From Tubiluchus corallicola (lineage: Eukaryota > Animalia > Priapulida), in assembly GCA_030141605.1 (NCBI GenBank), contig JAQGDQ010000838.1, positions 1 through 64,000 of the forward strand: a DNA stretch of 64,000 nucleotides. The letters run 5' to 3'. The notes under the pieces were generated by a model that was given only the letters and a program-made list of their open reading frames with translations, made no database searches and had not been told where the DNA came from. The translations under genes were made by a program, and so were the position numbers. Shown one piece after another: positions 27,411-42,302 of this stretch; positions within the stretch are counted from its first letter, which is position 1; every line of letters starts with the position of its first letter.

Positions 27411-27894
27411 TGGACAACACGAGCTTATAGCTAATTAATAAGCAACTCTAATCCATTAATTCACAGGCCAAATTTAGCAATAAAGAAACAGACTCATCTC
27501 TATATAGTACACTATGCATAGTAGTTAATCTGCATTGAAGTAGCGTCTTTTCTTCCTCTGTGTCTTGAGCTCCATGTTATTCCACACTAATAGCTTCCCA
27601 CATGAATATGAATAATAGCTTCCCACACGCCCGACAGATCACGCTGTACAATGTTACATCAACAACAAGATGGCTGTGTTGCAGCAGCTTTACTGGGACG
27701 CTAATGACGTCATCGAGCTCCAAATGAAAGGACTTCAGCAACGACTTACAATGCCCACTAGAAACTAGTGTCAATGTCATAGGTTATTATCAACATTTGT
27801 CTGTGCTGTTTTTGCTTATTACTGAAATTGTGTAATTAGGGAAATGCAGTTTTTAATTTGCTCTCTTAAACAAGTTTGTGCTCTTAAAGCACAA

Positions 27895-28380
27895 GGAAAC
27901 ATAAATAAAGCTTAATCTTATACCACTTACATCCTGTCTTAATGCATACAGAGCTTGTGTTTGAAGTAACGCTGTGTAAAACTTGTAAATATAAACTCCA
28001 GCGATGACACAGTTCTTTCAAACAAGTAGGCGTAATGCAAAGTAATATAACTTTGTGGTCATAAATAAAGCTTAATCTTATATCACTTAAATCCTGTCTT
28101 AATGTATACAGAGCTTGTGTTTGAAGTAACGCTGTGTAAAACTTGTAAATATAAACTGCAGCCATGTCACAATTCTTTCAAACAGGTAAGTGTAATGCAT
28201 AGTACATGTAATATAACTTTGTGATCATAAATAAAGCTTAATGTTATATACATCCCATCTTAGTGCATACAGAGCTTGTGTTTGAAGTAACGCTGTGTAA
28301 AACTTGTAACTATAAACTCCCGCAATGACAATTCATTCTTTCAAACAGGTAAGCGCAATGCAAAGTAATATGACTTTGTG
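27895..28380. repeat. ~160-175-bp tandem repeat x3
   Basis: ataaataaagcttaat...cagagcttgtgtttgaagtaacgctgtgtaaaacttg repeated three times. Confidence 0.9.
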
Positions 28381-28504
28381 TGGAAAGTTCTTTGGGATAT
28401 ACTTTAAAATTCGGTTTTCTTTCCCTTTAAACAAAGACTTTCGTTCAGTTTCCTATAGACCTGTTTCAGATCTGCAGTTAATCACGGACCTTGCTTCTTT
28501 TTAC

Positions 28505-29090
28505 AACAAAAAACAACCAAACTGTTGAGAACAAGAATAATTTTTTTTCGTTTAATGCATTAGACTGAATGTTTTTACCTAATGTTTGTTCTCGAAAACT
28601 GCCGTGTCACCTGTGTATTCAAGTAAATAAAAGCAATAAACAAATGAGTTAAAACATCATGATGTACTTATTTATATTATCATTTCATAACATACAATCT
28701 GTAAATGAAAATATAAATGTTAGTAGACGTAACAACATATTACAATTCAGTATTTAATCATGGGAATTTCTATCCCGACACATACAGTGCCTTTATTAAG
28801 TTTAGAAATAGCTTTGCCTCTAAACGTTGTGAAAGACCTGCTCCGTCAATTTTCATGACTGTCAGGTCTTTCCCAACGAATTATTTCCTGCCTCAGACTT
28901 TATACCAGGCCTGTTCATTAAACAGTTACATGGTTAATGATACGATAAGACAGGTTTCCTTTATACATACTTGCACAATAGAACTACAGAAAGTAATTAT
29001 GTACTCTTTTTTTAAGTACCTGGTATAGTTATTATATAGAGCAAATATTAATTTGCTTACTTGGGAAATTGAGTTTCCGACACGAAGCTT
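28505..29090. repeat. Dispersed ~600-bp repeat (second copy ~56560-57228)
   Basis: Colinear similarity from caaccaaactgttgagaacaa to ttccgacacgaagc. Confidence 0.85.
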
Positions 29091-29609
29091 TTCCGGTAAG
29101 TTACGGTCGTGCAAGAAAAAAATCCAGTTTAAAAGGTTGGTGGTCGCGCAGAAAAACGTTCCGAAGTTCAGACTACAGTAAAAATAGAACAAGTGGTTCG
29201 CGAAGTTAAAATTTCCCAGTGTGGTATTACAGTACATTAGCTTTTGACTGAATGCCTAGTTACAACTTTATAGCTTTAGTAAACTTTTAAATTATGTTCG
29301 AAAATCTTTTGCGTGTTAAAAAAATAATTAAATGCCGAAACAATAACAGCTTATCACAAATTGGAAAACATGCATGCTGACAAAGTTATAAAGCAATAAG
29401 AGCAGGAAACAATAAAGAAATCAACAACTAGTTAACAAGATCTTCGTCGCAGAAAATAAGACATTGGTAAAAATTTATTGTCCAGAAAAAACGGGTATTA
29501 CGGTATCAGGAATTCCCGTAAAGAGAAAGTGTACCAACAGGTGCACAGAGCCGTGCAGCGCAAAGGAACTAAAGTGAAAAATTTTTTAGTGCTGGGACAA
29601 AATACCCCT

Positions 29610-30227
29610 TAAAATAAAATCGGACCCAATCTTAAACTGTAGGACAAAACAATCTACTCTTTAAAATATTGAAAGGAAACATACTATTTTTTAGAGAATC
29701 ACTTACGTGAAAGACTTATTACCACACAAACACAATTTCACATTCGTTCTACTAGTTCTTCGCTGTTACACGCATTTCGCCATTCGCTAGCTAGATGGGC
29801 ACTAGCACCTGCATTTCGGAAACGCATTGCACAAAAACAGGTGCTGTGCCTCTCAGTTCAGATGTGTTAGTAAATGACGAACTGCTCACGTTCGACAGCG
29901 CATGCGTGAGCACAGTGGTAAATTTGAATTTTTATCTTAAAACTTGCCTAGTTTTAGCACAACATACCGAATATCTTACAGTAGCTCAGTACTTCAATTT
30001 TCGCTTTCGCAAACACGTGCAACATGCTCGTAAAATATTTTTGCTGTTGAAAATTATGTTGGTTTGTGATGTCATCAATCGTTGGGCTCGCCCGTCGTTA
30101 ATTAAGTTTTTAATCTATTATTTAACTATCAGAAATGCTTTTGCAGTATCAATCGTGTTAAATGTATACTCTTTATCCAACTTGAAAATGGGGTAGTATA
30201 TGAAAAATCATCCTGTCTTCCCTTAAA
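29610..30227. mobile_element. Kolobok-like non-autonomous DNA element, copy 1 of 4
   Basis: ~600-bp family with copies at ~34111-34727, ~40500-41090 and ~51363-51968; the best copy is bounded by TTAA-AG...CT-TTAA. Confidence 0.65.
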
Positions 30228-30973
30228 GAAATGAGAAACTGTACCAGCTATTGAAAGAAACCTCTTCGTCTAGTTTCCATTGAAAATGGTGGTTACATAA
30301 CGCACTTGATGTAAATTTTAACAATAGTTAAATTCGTTAAATTAGTAAAAATAGTAAAAATTAGTAAAAATAGTAAAATTAGTTAACATTAAAAATTTTT
30401 TCCGGCATTAATTTTTTTGACTTGTTGAAATATACCGTAATCAAAACTTGGGGCACGTTTTTTGCACCACCTGGTATATCGTTGTTAGTAATTTCCATTT
30501 ATTGTTCATTTTACTCCTTGCAAGAATTTCGATCTTCGCAAAACTCAGGTAATTTACAGATAATTTATGTCTACAATTAGTGCAGCGGCAGTTTAGAATC
30601 ATTCAATGAACATACCGCAAATTCTATTTACTGCAAATTATTTTTGTACAAAAGATTGCATTACCCAGTTTGCGTCATAAAATGAGAAAAAGTATCAAGT
30701 GGTCACGTAGCTTAGTTTAATGAATTGCAACTTTACGGCTGCATTATATCTTCAGGCGATGACACGATTCATTTTTCTGTCACCAATAATATTATAAAAA
30801 CTTGACTGTTCAGGCTTAAGCGTTCAATAACAAGGTAAATTACACATTGAAACCCTTAGCAGTCTTATTTTAGTTTGACTAGCAAAAACTATACATGGAA
30901 ATATATGACGTGTTTCAACGTTAAATTGTGAAACGTGCAACCAAATAAAAAATGAAAAATGGTCGTATAAATT

Positions 30974-31775
<802 letters not shown>

Positions 31776-34110
31776 TTGATGAAATGATTGGTAAACGTAA
31801 AAATGATCACTCTTTCCAGCAGAACAAGGCAGCCCTGACAGTAGGACATTTAAGTAGCAGGAACGATTAGAAATCAACAAATTTAACCAGCTGCAATAAG
31901 GCAGTGCAGCCGGAGTTACCAGTGACGTCACGCGCGCTGTTTCTCGATTCAGGGATGTGCCGACAGGGCAACTTGTACTCCGATCCGATCCGAGCCGATT
32001 ATTTCTACCTAATGGCAAGTTGTTTTCCCATCGGATCCGATTATTTTGAACTAACGGTCGCTCCGATACGATCCGATCTCAGACCTAATCCGATATGATG
32101 GCATTAGAGCAGTTGCATCAAACGGTGAATCTACGTACGGTTGTGATTGTAGCGAGTCAAAATTAAATCCCAAAAGAATTTCTAGATAGGTTAACAGCAA
32201 TAACTGTAATTTTCGTTTAAGACATTTAAGAAGCAGGAATGATGAGAAATCAACGATACCTTTATATATTTATATAAATATATTTATCTATTTTGTAAGT
32301 GAGTCGGTACTAAATGCTTCCAGTAGGTTCTATCTGATATAAAATGCATCAGTCTTAAATAATCGTACATTAATATTTTCTAACCGTCATTTTCTACTAA
32401 TGTCTAATGTATTCTTGTAGTAAAACTTGTCAGCTTGTGTAGTTATAGTCTATTCTTACTGTAAATGTTCTTGTAAATAGTGTATAAAATCTGTTGTGGT
32501 GAGGATCCTAAATCATGCTGTTCAAACTGTCTGATCCAAAACCTATGTTATGTTTAAACTAATAAGCGTAATTTCGATTATACGTAATAACAAAAGTATG
32601 ATGATTACTAATGTATTCACAACGAAAATGCGTTTCAGGTGAAAACTTGGGTGAAAATGTTTAATTTGAAAGCTTTACCCGGCCATTAACTGAGTAAGCT
32701 GAGTAGCAAGTGAGTCGGTAAAAATTACTATATGGCTTCACAAGCTTCAGCGGTAATGCTACTCAGTTGGAAGTAGCCTAGGTGTATGTGTACATAAATT
32801 ACCCTGCATACTAGGTTACCATTTGGCTAATAGTGTAAGTATATAAGCAGGTTTTTTATCAACTGCAGGACTATGAGGTATCTCAGAAACAGTGTGAAAC
32901 TCATCAGTTAAATTTCTTTTAACATTTTTTACAGTAAACTTAGTAATACATTCAACTAACAAAAAAGTAACTTGAGATACCGTGCCCAGGAATTCGTTAT
33001 CTTCTTTTAAAAATGCTGCTTTTATTGTTGCTTCGTCTGCCTCAGCTGTCGTACCACGCTCCGAGAACTTTAATGTCAGATCTTCCAGTTTTGCCAAACG
33101 ATTCTGGAGAGTGTGTCTGCACATCTTGACACGCTGAAGATAGTTTGAAATGTCACCAATCATTGACTTACATATTAGGTTACCCATTTGGCTAATAGTG
33201 TAAGTACATAAGTTAATAATATAACCATTTAATTAACAAATAAGGTTGATATAATGGCATAAGGATTTATATGCATAAACCTGCTAGCGTTTGGCTTCCT
33301 TCCCTCCGCTATTATTTTATGGACGCAATTAGGCTTTCTGTAAATCAAACGAAATGTTTTATCTGGTGTCCTCTCACCGATGGTTTGCTCTTTTAACTAT
33401 TTTTATCACATATAAATTCCTCTAATATAAAAATATTGTTAATACATGTAAAGATGTAGATTGGTAAAAAACTAACAGTTTTTAAACATTAATTTATCTG
33501 CTTTTTAAATAGTAGAATGCACCTAAATTAACGTTTCTCATTCAGAGAAACTGTTATCTGTTCTGTAGTAGTGACATGGTTCAAGCTTGTTATATTTTTG
33601 ATGTAATTATACGATTTGAATATGTTTTATTTGGTTGGTGCAATAAACTCATTATAACTCGGGGGCGTCTGTAAAAATTAATTGGATTTAATTCAATTTA
33701 ATAGGAATTATGCGGAAATCGTTTTACAGAAATGGCATTTACGGACAAGCTTGATTTGTATGAAAGAAACTTGACGTTATTTGTGTTACGTTTCTCGGGA
33801 ACAGGATGCTGAATACGATCAGTGACCCTACGAGAATTTAGGATGGATTCTTTTCAATCTTTATCTATTCCTAATTTATAACCATTTTGTGGATTTCGAC
33901 AAAATTCGACAAAGTCTGATACAGTAAACAAAAACTGGGTGAAAGGACAGAACAGGTCACTCAGTATGTTGGGTTTATTTTACTATTAACACTCAAACAT
34001 AGAAGAACATAACAAAAAAAAAATTGCAGAAAAACTTTCTATAGGACGTAAATCTAGAATATACCACCTCTGAATATAAATTTTCAGGCGTGGTGGTTGC
34101 CGCCACTCGT

Positions 34111-34727
34111 TTAAAGCGGACCAAAATCGGACCTAATTTTAAACTGTAGGCCAAAACAATCTACTGTTTAAAATATTGAAAGGAAACACACTTTTTTACA
34201 AAAAATACTTCTGTGAAAAAATTATTACTATACAAACTCAGTTTCACGTTCACGCCACTAGTTCTTAGCTATTATATGTATTTCGCTATTCACTAGTTAG
34301 ACGCGCACCAGCATTTTGGAAACGCATCGCACAAAAACAGGTGCTGACCTCTCAGTTCAGATGTGTTAGTTTGTGACGACCTACACACGTTCGACAGATC
34401 ATGCGTGAGCACAGCGGTAAATTTGAATTTTTATCTTAAAACTTGCCTAGCTTTAGTACGAAACACTGTATCTCTTACAGAGTAGTTCAGTACTTCAATT
34501 TTCGCTTTCGCAAACACGTGCAACACGCTCATGGAATATTTTTGCTGGTGAAAATTATGTTAGTTTGTGATGTCATTAATTGTTGGGCTCGCCCGCCATT
34601 GATTAGGTTTTTAATCTATTATTTAATTATCATAAACGCTTTTGCAGTATTAATTGTGTTAAAATGTATACTTTTATCGGTCTTGCAAATGGGATAGTAT
34701 AGGAAAAATCGTCCGGTCTTCCTTTAA
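34111..34727. mobile_element. Kolobok-like non-autonomous element, copy 2
   Basis: ttaaagcggacc...ggtcttcctttaa; homologous to 29610-30227. Confidence 0.7.
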
Positions 34728-35499
34728 AAATTATGACCTATGAAAAGACCTTATGGGGACTTTTCGTAAGCCCATCACGGCTTCAGTGAGCGTGCGCTAC
34801 TTGAACTAATTCAAACGTCTTCAGCTTACCTAATATTCACGCAAAAATGTTACAAAGTCACACATCGAATGTTTTTGTAAAAAATTATTATACTTTTGAC
34901 GAATATTGATAATGCGCTACTTTTCTTCAACGCGAATGACGTCATTGGAAGAAGAATGGACATTGAAAATGGGAGCGGCCAAGTGTGAAGTGATCGCGAC
35001 TTTAAAGTGATTTTACTAATTAAACGAGGTGCTTATTGCAGTTTTATTACTAAATTCTTCTAACATTTTTTGCGAACATAGAAAGAAGCCTGACGTCCTA
35101 GAAGCTTGAAATTTTCTTCAAATAGTTTGCTAATCGATCCGTGACCAATAACTGTTAACTAGCACCGTTTCGACATCATTAGCAAAAGCAAAAGAATTCA
35201 AATTTTCCGACACGAGTATTTAAAGATTTTAAATTTGTGAAGGATGGTTCTAATCTAAGGATTTGCTTCGTGGCTAAAGTGTCTGTATTCGATTAAGAAA
35301 GATGGCGCGTCTCTTATTGGACTGGCGTTATTTTTGCGTTGCGAGTCGCGACCCGTTCCTATATTCTTGCTCTATTGTGTAACGACTCGTATTTTCTAAG
35401 TATTACGACAATTAAATTTGGTTCAAAAACGTATTTACACTCGACACACTTAGATTTACAGCGTACTGAAAACGTAAAACGCACAATTTTTAGATTTTT

Positions 35500-36070
35500 T
35501 TTAGATTTAATATTTTATTTCAAACTTTACAAAGTTCATATACACATCACAAATTAATAAAAATAATACAATAAATCATGACACACAACAATAACACAAA
35601 TAACAATTAACGATATAACAAACTACGCCAATGACATCTAATTACAGAAGTAAAGTTTGCATCACTGTTTAAAATGTTCTTGCATGTAAAATTTTCACTC
35701 TTATTCAGCCTGACGTGTAAACTGTATGCACATTTTCTATGAATCACATCAAAATAAATAATATTAAGTCTAGTAGAAATATATCTTGCGCTCGTATCAT
35801 ATGAAAAGTTAAACAGCTTCCGTGTTGATACATTATATGCAACCTTGAGTTTGCTAGGATTGTAAGAATAAAAATGTCTCCAAGTGGACATACAATAAAA
35901 CGTAGTGCAGTAAGCATTAAACAATTGTCTCTTCACGTTAACTGAACATTGAGTAAATTTCTTGAGTAATTTATTAGCTCTACCATAGTAAATTGAACAT
36001 TGTCGTAACATATCTAAATCATCTCTATTTCTATCTGATGAAATATGACCCAGATATTTTTCCTTTTTAC
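35500..36070 (-). mobile_element. LINE 3' fragment with A-rich tail
   Basis: Minus-strand KYLGHIS then ORF 35607-36011 (KRQLFNAYC...KLKVAYN) typical of non-LTR ORF2 C-termini; aataaa and A-rich tail near 35500-35520. Confidence 0.75.
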
Positions 36071-36734
36071 TAGGTACAAAACAATCTATGAAACAGAAAG
36101 CGAGACAGCCTATTCAGAGCTGTCTGGATGGCAAATTAACAAATCCTATTTTATAAATATATGATTCAATAAATTACAAATAAAATACAATCAATAAATT
36201 GCAAGCAGTCACAATATAATACATCAATAATAAACAAACAGCACCTATATTATAATTAAAGTACATTTGCAGACAAAAACATTAGTGCTTTTAATATGTT
36301 TTATTTTGGTTTTGAATGCGGTTATGATTTAATACGTTTGATTTCGCTTAATGCGTTTGATACATGTGAACCTGAGTTACAGAGCTTGACACCAATTTCC
36401 AAAGTTATTGTTTGTTTCAAATTAAATGTTCAGGACTTTCAAGTAATGCTAATTTGTTATTAATTTTTTCCAATGAAATTTTTAACTTGTTTACATATTT
36501 GAAAAAGAATAATAATGTGATAATTCTTATGGGTTTTTATAACTGTTAGTTTTTAGTTTGTTTCTTAAAAATTAGTTACAGAATGTGCTTTCTTAGGACT
36601 GTTTGGCTTGTATTGATGATTTCGTCTCAAACCTGACATTAATTTTAGTGCATAATTTTGTAACATGTTAATTTTTACTTTTGGTTTTTGGAAGACTACA
36701 CAGCTATCTGGAAAATGCATAAAGGCTGGTTGGA

Positions 36735-37248
36735 TGGCATCCTTCTGTCTCGGAAGACTGGAGTGTGCGCCAAGAGAGTCAGTTATTGATCACATTGATG
36801 GAGCTGCAGCGTCGACTGTGTCTGAGCAGTCCGATCCTTCAACCACTGGAGTATGGAGATCCTGAGTTGCCCAGACAACAGGAACCCCCTCTCTTCTTCC
36901 CTGGTGTAGTCCAAAGGAAAGCGATACGTTTGGCACCAGGTTGGCTGCAGGAGCTGCCGGAGTCAGTGAGCATGCTGCACTGGTCCGCCTCCGGGGCTCC
37001 ACTCCTGATTTGGAAGGTTTACTCCTCTACACATGGCCGTTGGGTCACTTGACCTCCTCCGTACTCTAGCCGTTGGCTGCTTGTGCAGCTCCTCCGCCTA
37101 GTGTCGAGGTACAGTGTGGGCATCCCGCAAGCCTACAGCACCTGGTATTACTAGGCGTTTACTCATCCAAGTACTAACCAGGCTCTACGTTGCTTAACTT
37201 TGGTGATCAGACGAGAACCGGTGTTTTCAGCGTGATTTGGCTATAGTG
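36735..37248 (-). mobile_element. 5S rRNA-headed SINE (SINE3-type) with RTE-like body and tail
   Basis: A 120-nt 5S-like sequence (37129-37248) is joined directly to a ~395-bp body also present at 26987-27410. Confidence 0.75.
37129..37248 (-). pseudogene. Full-length 5S rRNA-like sequence (SINE head or pseudogene)
   Basis: Reverse complement ...ctcgtctgatcaccaaagttaagcaacgtagagcctggttagtacttggatgagtaaacgcctagtaataccaggtgctgtaggctt; no oligo-T terminator follows. Confidence 0.85.
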
Positions 37249-37924
37249 TATAAAGACTAGTGTTTTGTGTAGTAGTACTTTTGTATCTTTCGATAGTTGG
37301 CCTTTCACTTGCCGTAGATATGAAGTGATGGTTGTCAGTTTTGCATGTTTTCAAGTTGCTCGTGCCATGATGAATCTTTGCCCAGTGGTCAACTACAACC
37401 TCCGTGTTCATTACCTCGAGCGATGCCCTCTCTTCGGCTATTACAACGTTGGTACTCCCAGAGGAAGACGAAAGGTGTGAGTTCAGGTATAGTGCCATCA
37501 CAGAACACCGTGTACAAATCGTATCATAAAAATAGCAGCCGTGCGTCGTACTGATATATGAGCAGCAGAGTTTAGAATTTCTAACGTAGTTTAATTATAA
37601 CATTCGCAAGCTTTCCTAATTCATTGCTGTAAGTGATACTCACAACGCAGATTAATAACACCCTGCGGACAAATATATAATTATTATTATAGTACAAATG
37701 TATAAACTCTCTACTTACTGAAGACGATAAGTAATAGGCGGACTAGTAACAGAAGTTTGAAAACAATCTAATTATCTAGGGAAGACTATAATACCAAGAT
37801 GCTCTTACGAAATATCATCTTATGAATAGTGGTATCAGTTGACGTTTTCTTTCTGGCTATTTATGTGGCTGAGGGAGTATACATAGACGCCGATAATGAT
37901 TGGGGTACTCTGGCGTTATTTTAT

Positions 37925-38380
<456 letters not shown>

Positions 38381-38799
38381 CGTGCGTGTGCGTATATATA
38401 TATATATAAACTTTATTTAATGAGCAAAACATTTATTAAATATCAAACACAACACGGTAAATATAAGAGGATAGCAATGCCAGCCCTCCGTCTTCAAGTC
38501 GGTTCCTAATCTCTCCCCGAAGTGCGGGCCTCAAACACTTTTGCTAACTACCTAATGCGCCGTGAGCTTCTGCGCATAAGGATTACATCATCAATCTTTA
38601 CTTCTGAGTCAGCCGGTCGAACATCAGCTGGTCACGTGATGATGCCACACCTAACTAGGCTTCTATCCGCGACGATAATTTAATCTTGCATCGTCAAGCA
38701 TTTAATCTTGAATTATTAATTTAATAATTTAATCACCAATATAATCAAAATCATTATTTAACACAGCTTTCCTTTACTCATAGAAGTGTTAGGAGTAAG

Positions 38800-39203
38800 G
38801 TTAGGCGTCGAACGTTCGAGTTTGAATTCGTTTCGAAACAGTTTTTTAGTTCGAGTTTGATTCGAACCTAAAATTGTGGATTCGTATAATTTAGCACTTC
38901 GTCTACATACGTTCTTTCTCATCAGAACGTCTGAAACGTCATGCTGTCGGTTTAGTTGCCATTTCTGTGCAGAATTTTTAAAACAAATTATCTGTGTTTT
39001 ATTGCAAAATAAAATTAAGTAATATGCGTGAGTTTTGTGAAACTGCCTTTTGTTAATGATTCGAAAATCTGTACGATTCTCTTCAAAAATGAACTAAAAT
39101 TCGATTCGAATTCGAAAACTGGAGATTCGGCTTGATTCGAGTTCGAAAGTTACTTATTCGATTCGATAGGAAGTCGTTTTCTGGTAGAGAATGCTCACCT
39201 CTT
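38800..39203. mobile_element. MITE-like element rich in TTCGAA motifs
   Basis: Its end ttctggtagagaatgctca is present inverted at ~16733-16752. Confidence 0.45.
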
Positions 39204-40499
39204 AGAAGTCACCCCGGAATGGTGTTCAGCTGCCATTGTAACCTCTTTTCTATTTAATGTAATGTATTCTCTATTGAATGTAATCTATTCTTATACGACG
39301 TCTCTTACAGAAATAAGCAGCCAGAATTAAACAAAACAGCGAAAAAGTCGTTCTTACGCCCAAAGAGCAGTATTACACATCGTTAATAGAAGCAAAAAAC
39401 AAGTACTTTTCATTATTACACTATTAGTTCTCCTGGAGCTAGCATACAAAAGTATAGGTCGTTATTAGTTTGTAATTGAATAGCAAGAAATAAGTCAAAT
39501 AAATATGTGACAAAATTGCAATTTCGTCTTGATGAGGTGTGAACAATCTTCGTACGGGCGTAAAAAACACCTGTCATCTGTAAATGATGCAAAACAGCAG
39601 GTTTGTTCGTAATTCACTCAGCTGCAAGTGTTGAAAAGTGTTTTGCAGTGTTTACAATATCTAAAATATTGTTTTACCGCATAGAAAAGCTTTTACGTGA
39701 GCTGTGTAATTGTTGTAGATTCCTGTTTAAGGCCATTTGAGCTGGATGTTGCATTGTGCTGCCACCTAGCAACGAAAATAATACGAAAACAATTTACTCT
39801 GATTTTGGCCTTCGATGAAACCTTTGAGCATCGTAGCTTTTGAGTTTTGAAACATATAGGCAGTGTCGGCTCTACCACTAGACAAACAAGCAGTCGACAG
39901 AGGCGCCAAAATCTGGAACTATTGTTTAGTTTTTAAATTTAACTTTAATATTAAAAATAACATAGTGTTACTTAACTGCACAACACGTTAATTAAAGCAA
40001 AACCGGACCCAATTTTAAACTGTAGGTCAACACTGCTAGATTTTCCTACATAAACGTTTTCATCAGGAGGGCGCCACACGCTCTAGCTACATCACTGTAG
40101 CTAGAATTACAAAAAAATTACCAAATTCCAAGAAACAGGCCTTTAGGCAACTAGCAGCATTACGAAAACGGGGCAAGTAATGCGTCAGTAGTTATATATG
40201 CCTTATTAACTTGAACCAGTGACGCATTTGCGGATACACAATACGTGGTTTATGCATTCCATGTGTAATAGCTAGGCAGCTTATTAAATTATGACGCCAC
40301 ACTGAATATATTTATGTGTCAAGTGTGAATATCCTAAGTTTAAATCGGGACGTTGTCCTGGAAAAGCGGATATCCTGGTTTATGTCCTCCTGGAGTGACG
40401 ACGTACGGTTTAGTTTGAAAATTTGGCATGTTTCAAGCTAGACGATCGTGTTACTGTGATTTTAATTTTCCTGGTGATTTCGATGTGTGCACTAGAAGC

Positions 40500-41090
40500 T
40501 AAAACCGGATCCATCTTAAACTGCAGGTCAAAACAATCTACTTTTTAAAATATTGAAAGGGAACTTACTTTTTTTCAAAAATGACTTACGTGAAAGAATT
40601 ATTACCACACACACAATTTCACGTTCGCGCCACTAGTTCTTCGCTGTTACATGCATTTCGCCATTTTCTAGTTAGACGGGCACTAGCGTCTGCATTTCGG
40701 AAACGCATTGCACAAAAAACAGGTGATGTACCTTCCAGTTCATATGTGTTAGTTTGTGACAAACAGCGTGAGTACAGCGGTAAATTTTAAATTTGAATTT
40801 TTATCTTAAAACTTGCCTAGTTTTAGTACAACAAATTGAATATCTTACACTAGCACTGTACTTCAATTTTCGCTTATGCAAACACGTGCAAAACGCTCGT
40901 GGAATACTTTTGCTATTGAAAATTATGTTAGTTTGTGATGTCATCGATACTTGGGCTCGCGCGCCGTTAATTAAGTTCTTAATCTATTATTTAATTATCC
41001 GAAAGCTTTTGCAGTATTAACTGTGTTAAAATGTATACTTTTATCGGATTTGAAAATAGGTTAGTATATGAAAAATCATTCTGTCTTCCT
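40500..41090. mobile_element. Kolobok-like non-autonomous element, copy 3
   Basis: Homologous to 29610-30227. Confidence 0.7.
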
Positions 41091-41516
41091 ACATATACAC
41101 ACAGACATATTATTAAAAAGGGAAGCTATGAACCCAATGATGAGATGCTAATTTCAGAGGTATATGCAGTTGTTACACAAAATCATCCTAATTACGAAAG
41201 TTTGTACTACATTACTGTTTGTACAGTAATAATGGCGCTTGAGCGAATAATATTACTCTGGATACGTCTAGGGAAGACCAAAAGATTTTCTCTTTGGATT
41301 TAGAAATAATTAATCATTTCGGGAATTTCTAAATTAAAACGTAAAAAGTAATTCAACTAGCGAAGAATCACAGTGAATTAAATAAATTTTCTAAATTGTT
41401 AAAAACATTTTAAATTTAGTATTATATTAATAATCTTATAGTGTATTGCGTCCAATTTCTTAAGAAACTTAGAAAGTAAATGTAAAATGCCTTTGGAATC
41501 ATTTTGAAAAGCTTAT

Positions 41517-41604
<88 letters not shown>

Positions 41605-41635
41605 CAGTAGCAGTAGTAGCAGTAGCAGTAGCAGC

Positions 41636-41689
<54 letters not shown>
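41517..41689. repeat. (CAG)n-(TAG)n trinucleotide repeat, tail of the adjacent minus-strand LINE
   Basis: On the minus strand it follows aataaagatttt directly. Confidence 0.95.
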
Positions 41690-41690
<1 letters not shown>

Positions 41691-42095
41691 AAATCTTTAT
41701 TTGTCATTTTAAAAACATTGACCATCATAATAAAAGACAGACAATCAGTGTTAGTTCATATAAAAACATACACTGTTCTGAGCAAATGCGTCTGGTGCAA
41801 GCTAAACTATAAGTGCAACTAGAAATTCAAAAATAAAATATAAACTAGTTTAGTAAGGTCTAGGAAAAATAAAATTATGATATGAGTAAGTATCATCGTG
41901 TTCGTGTGTCGGATATTCAAAACAAGTCATTAAATGTTTTTTAATTAAGACTTGAATATTGATAAAGAGCTGCTGTGTTTTAGTGATGTCGGTAATGAAT
42001 TCCAGAGTTGTATTGCTTGCTTAGTAATGGAATTCTTTCCATATTGATGGTTCGAAATTTGTTTCTTCAATTGCATGGCTTTTTGTTTTAATTAT
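41690..42095 (-). mobile_element. LINE 3' end fragment
   Basis: Minus strand YGKNSITKQAIQLWNSLPTSLKHSSSLSIFKS (WNSLP motif). Confidence 0.75.
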
Positions 42096-42302
42096 TTAGA
42101 TTTTCATTGATTCAAAATTTAAACTATTTAAAGAGAATAAATTATCGTGTGGATGAATCAATAATCTTTTTTGTTGTTTTCTTTCAGTGGTATCTGATGT
42201 ACAATCTGCGCAAAACGTTGTTCTGGGAATTATTTGCATTGTTTGCGGGAATTTAGCTTGCCAAAATTGTACTGGACAGTGTACACTAGGCATCTCTTAA
42301 CA

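Noticed and set aside
29795-30196. Small gene family suggested by similar ORFs (34443, 40793, 51655)
   Set aside because: They are chance frames in copies of a non-autonomous DNA element and are not conserved between copies.
37129-37248. Functional 5S rRNA gene
   Set aside because: Substitutions in stems and box C, no oligo-T terminator, and fusion to a repeated body.
37318-37480. Possible coding exon next to the 5S-like sequence
   Set aside because: Acceptor- and donor-like sites exist but no recognisable protein in any frame; it may be a UTR exon and cannot be supported.
42234-42302. N-terminal extension of the 593-aa ORF
   Set aside because: It starts at TTG; the first ATG, in good Kozak context, is at 42303.
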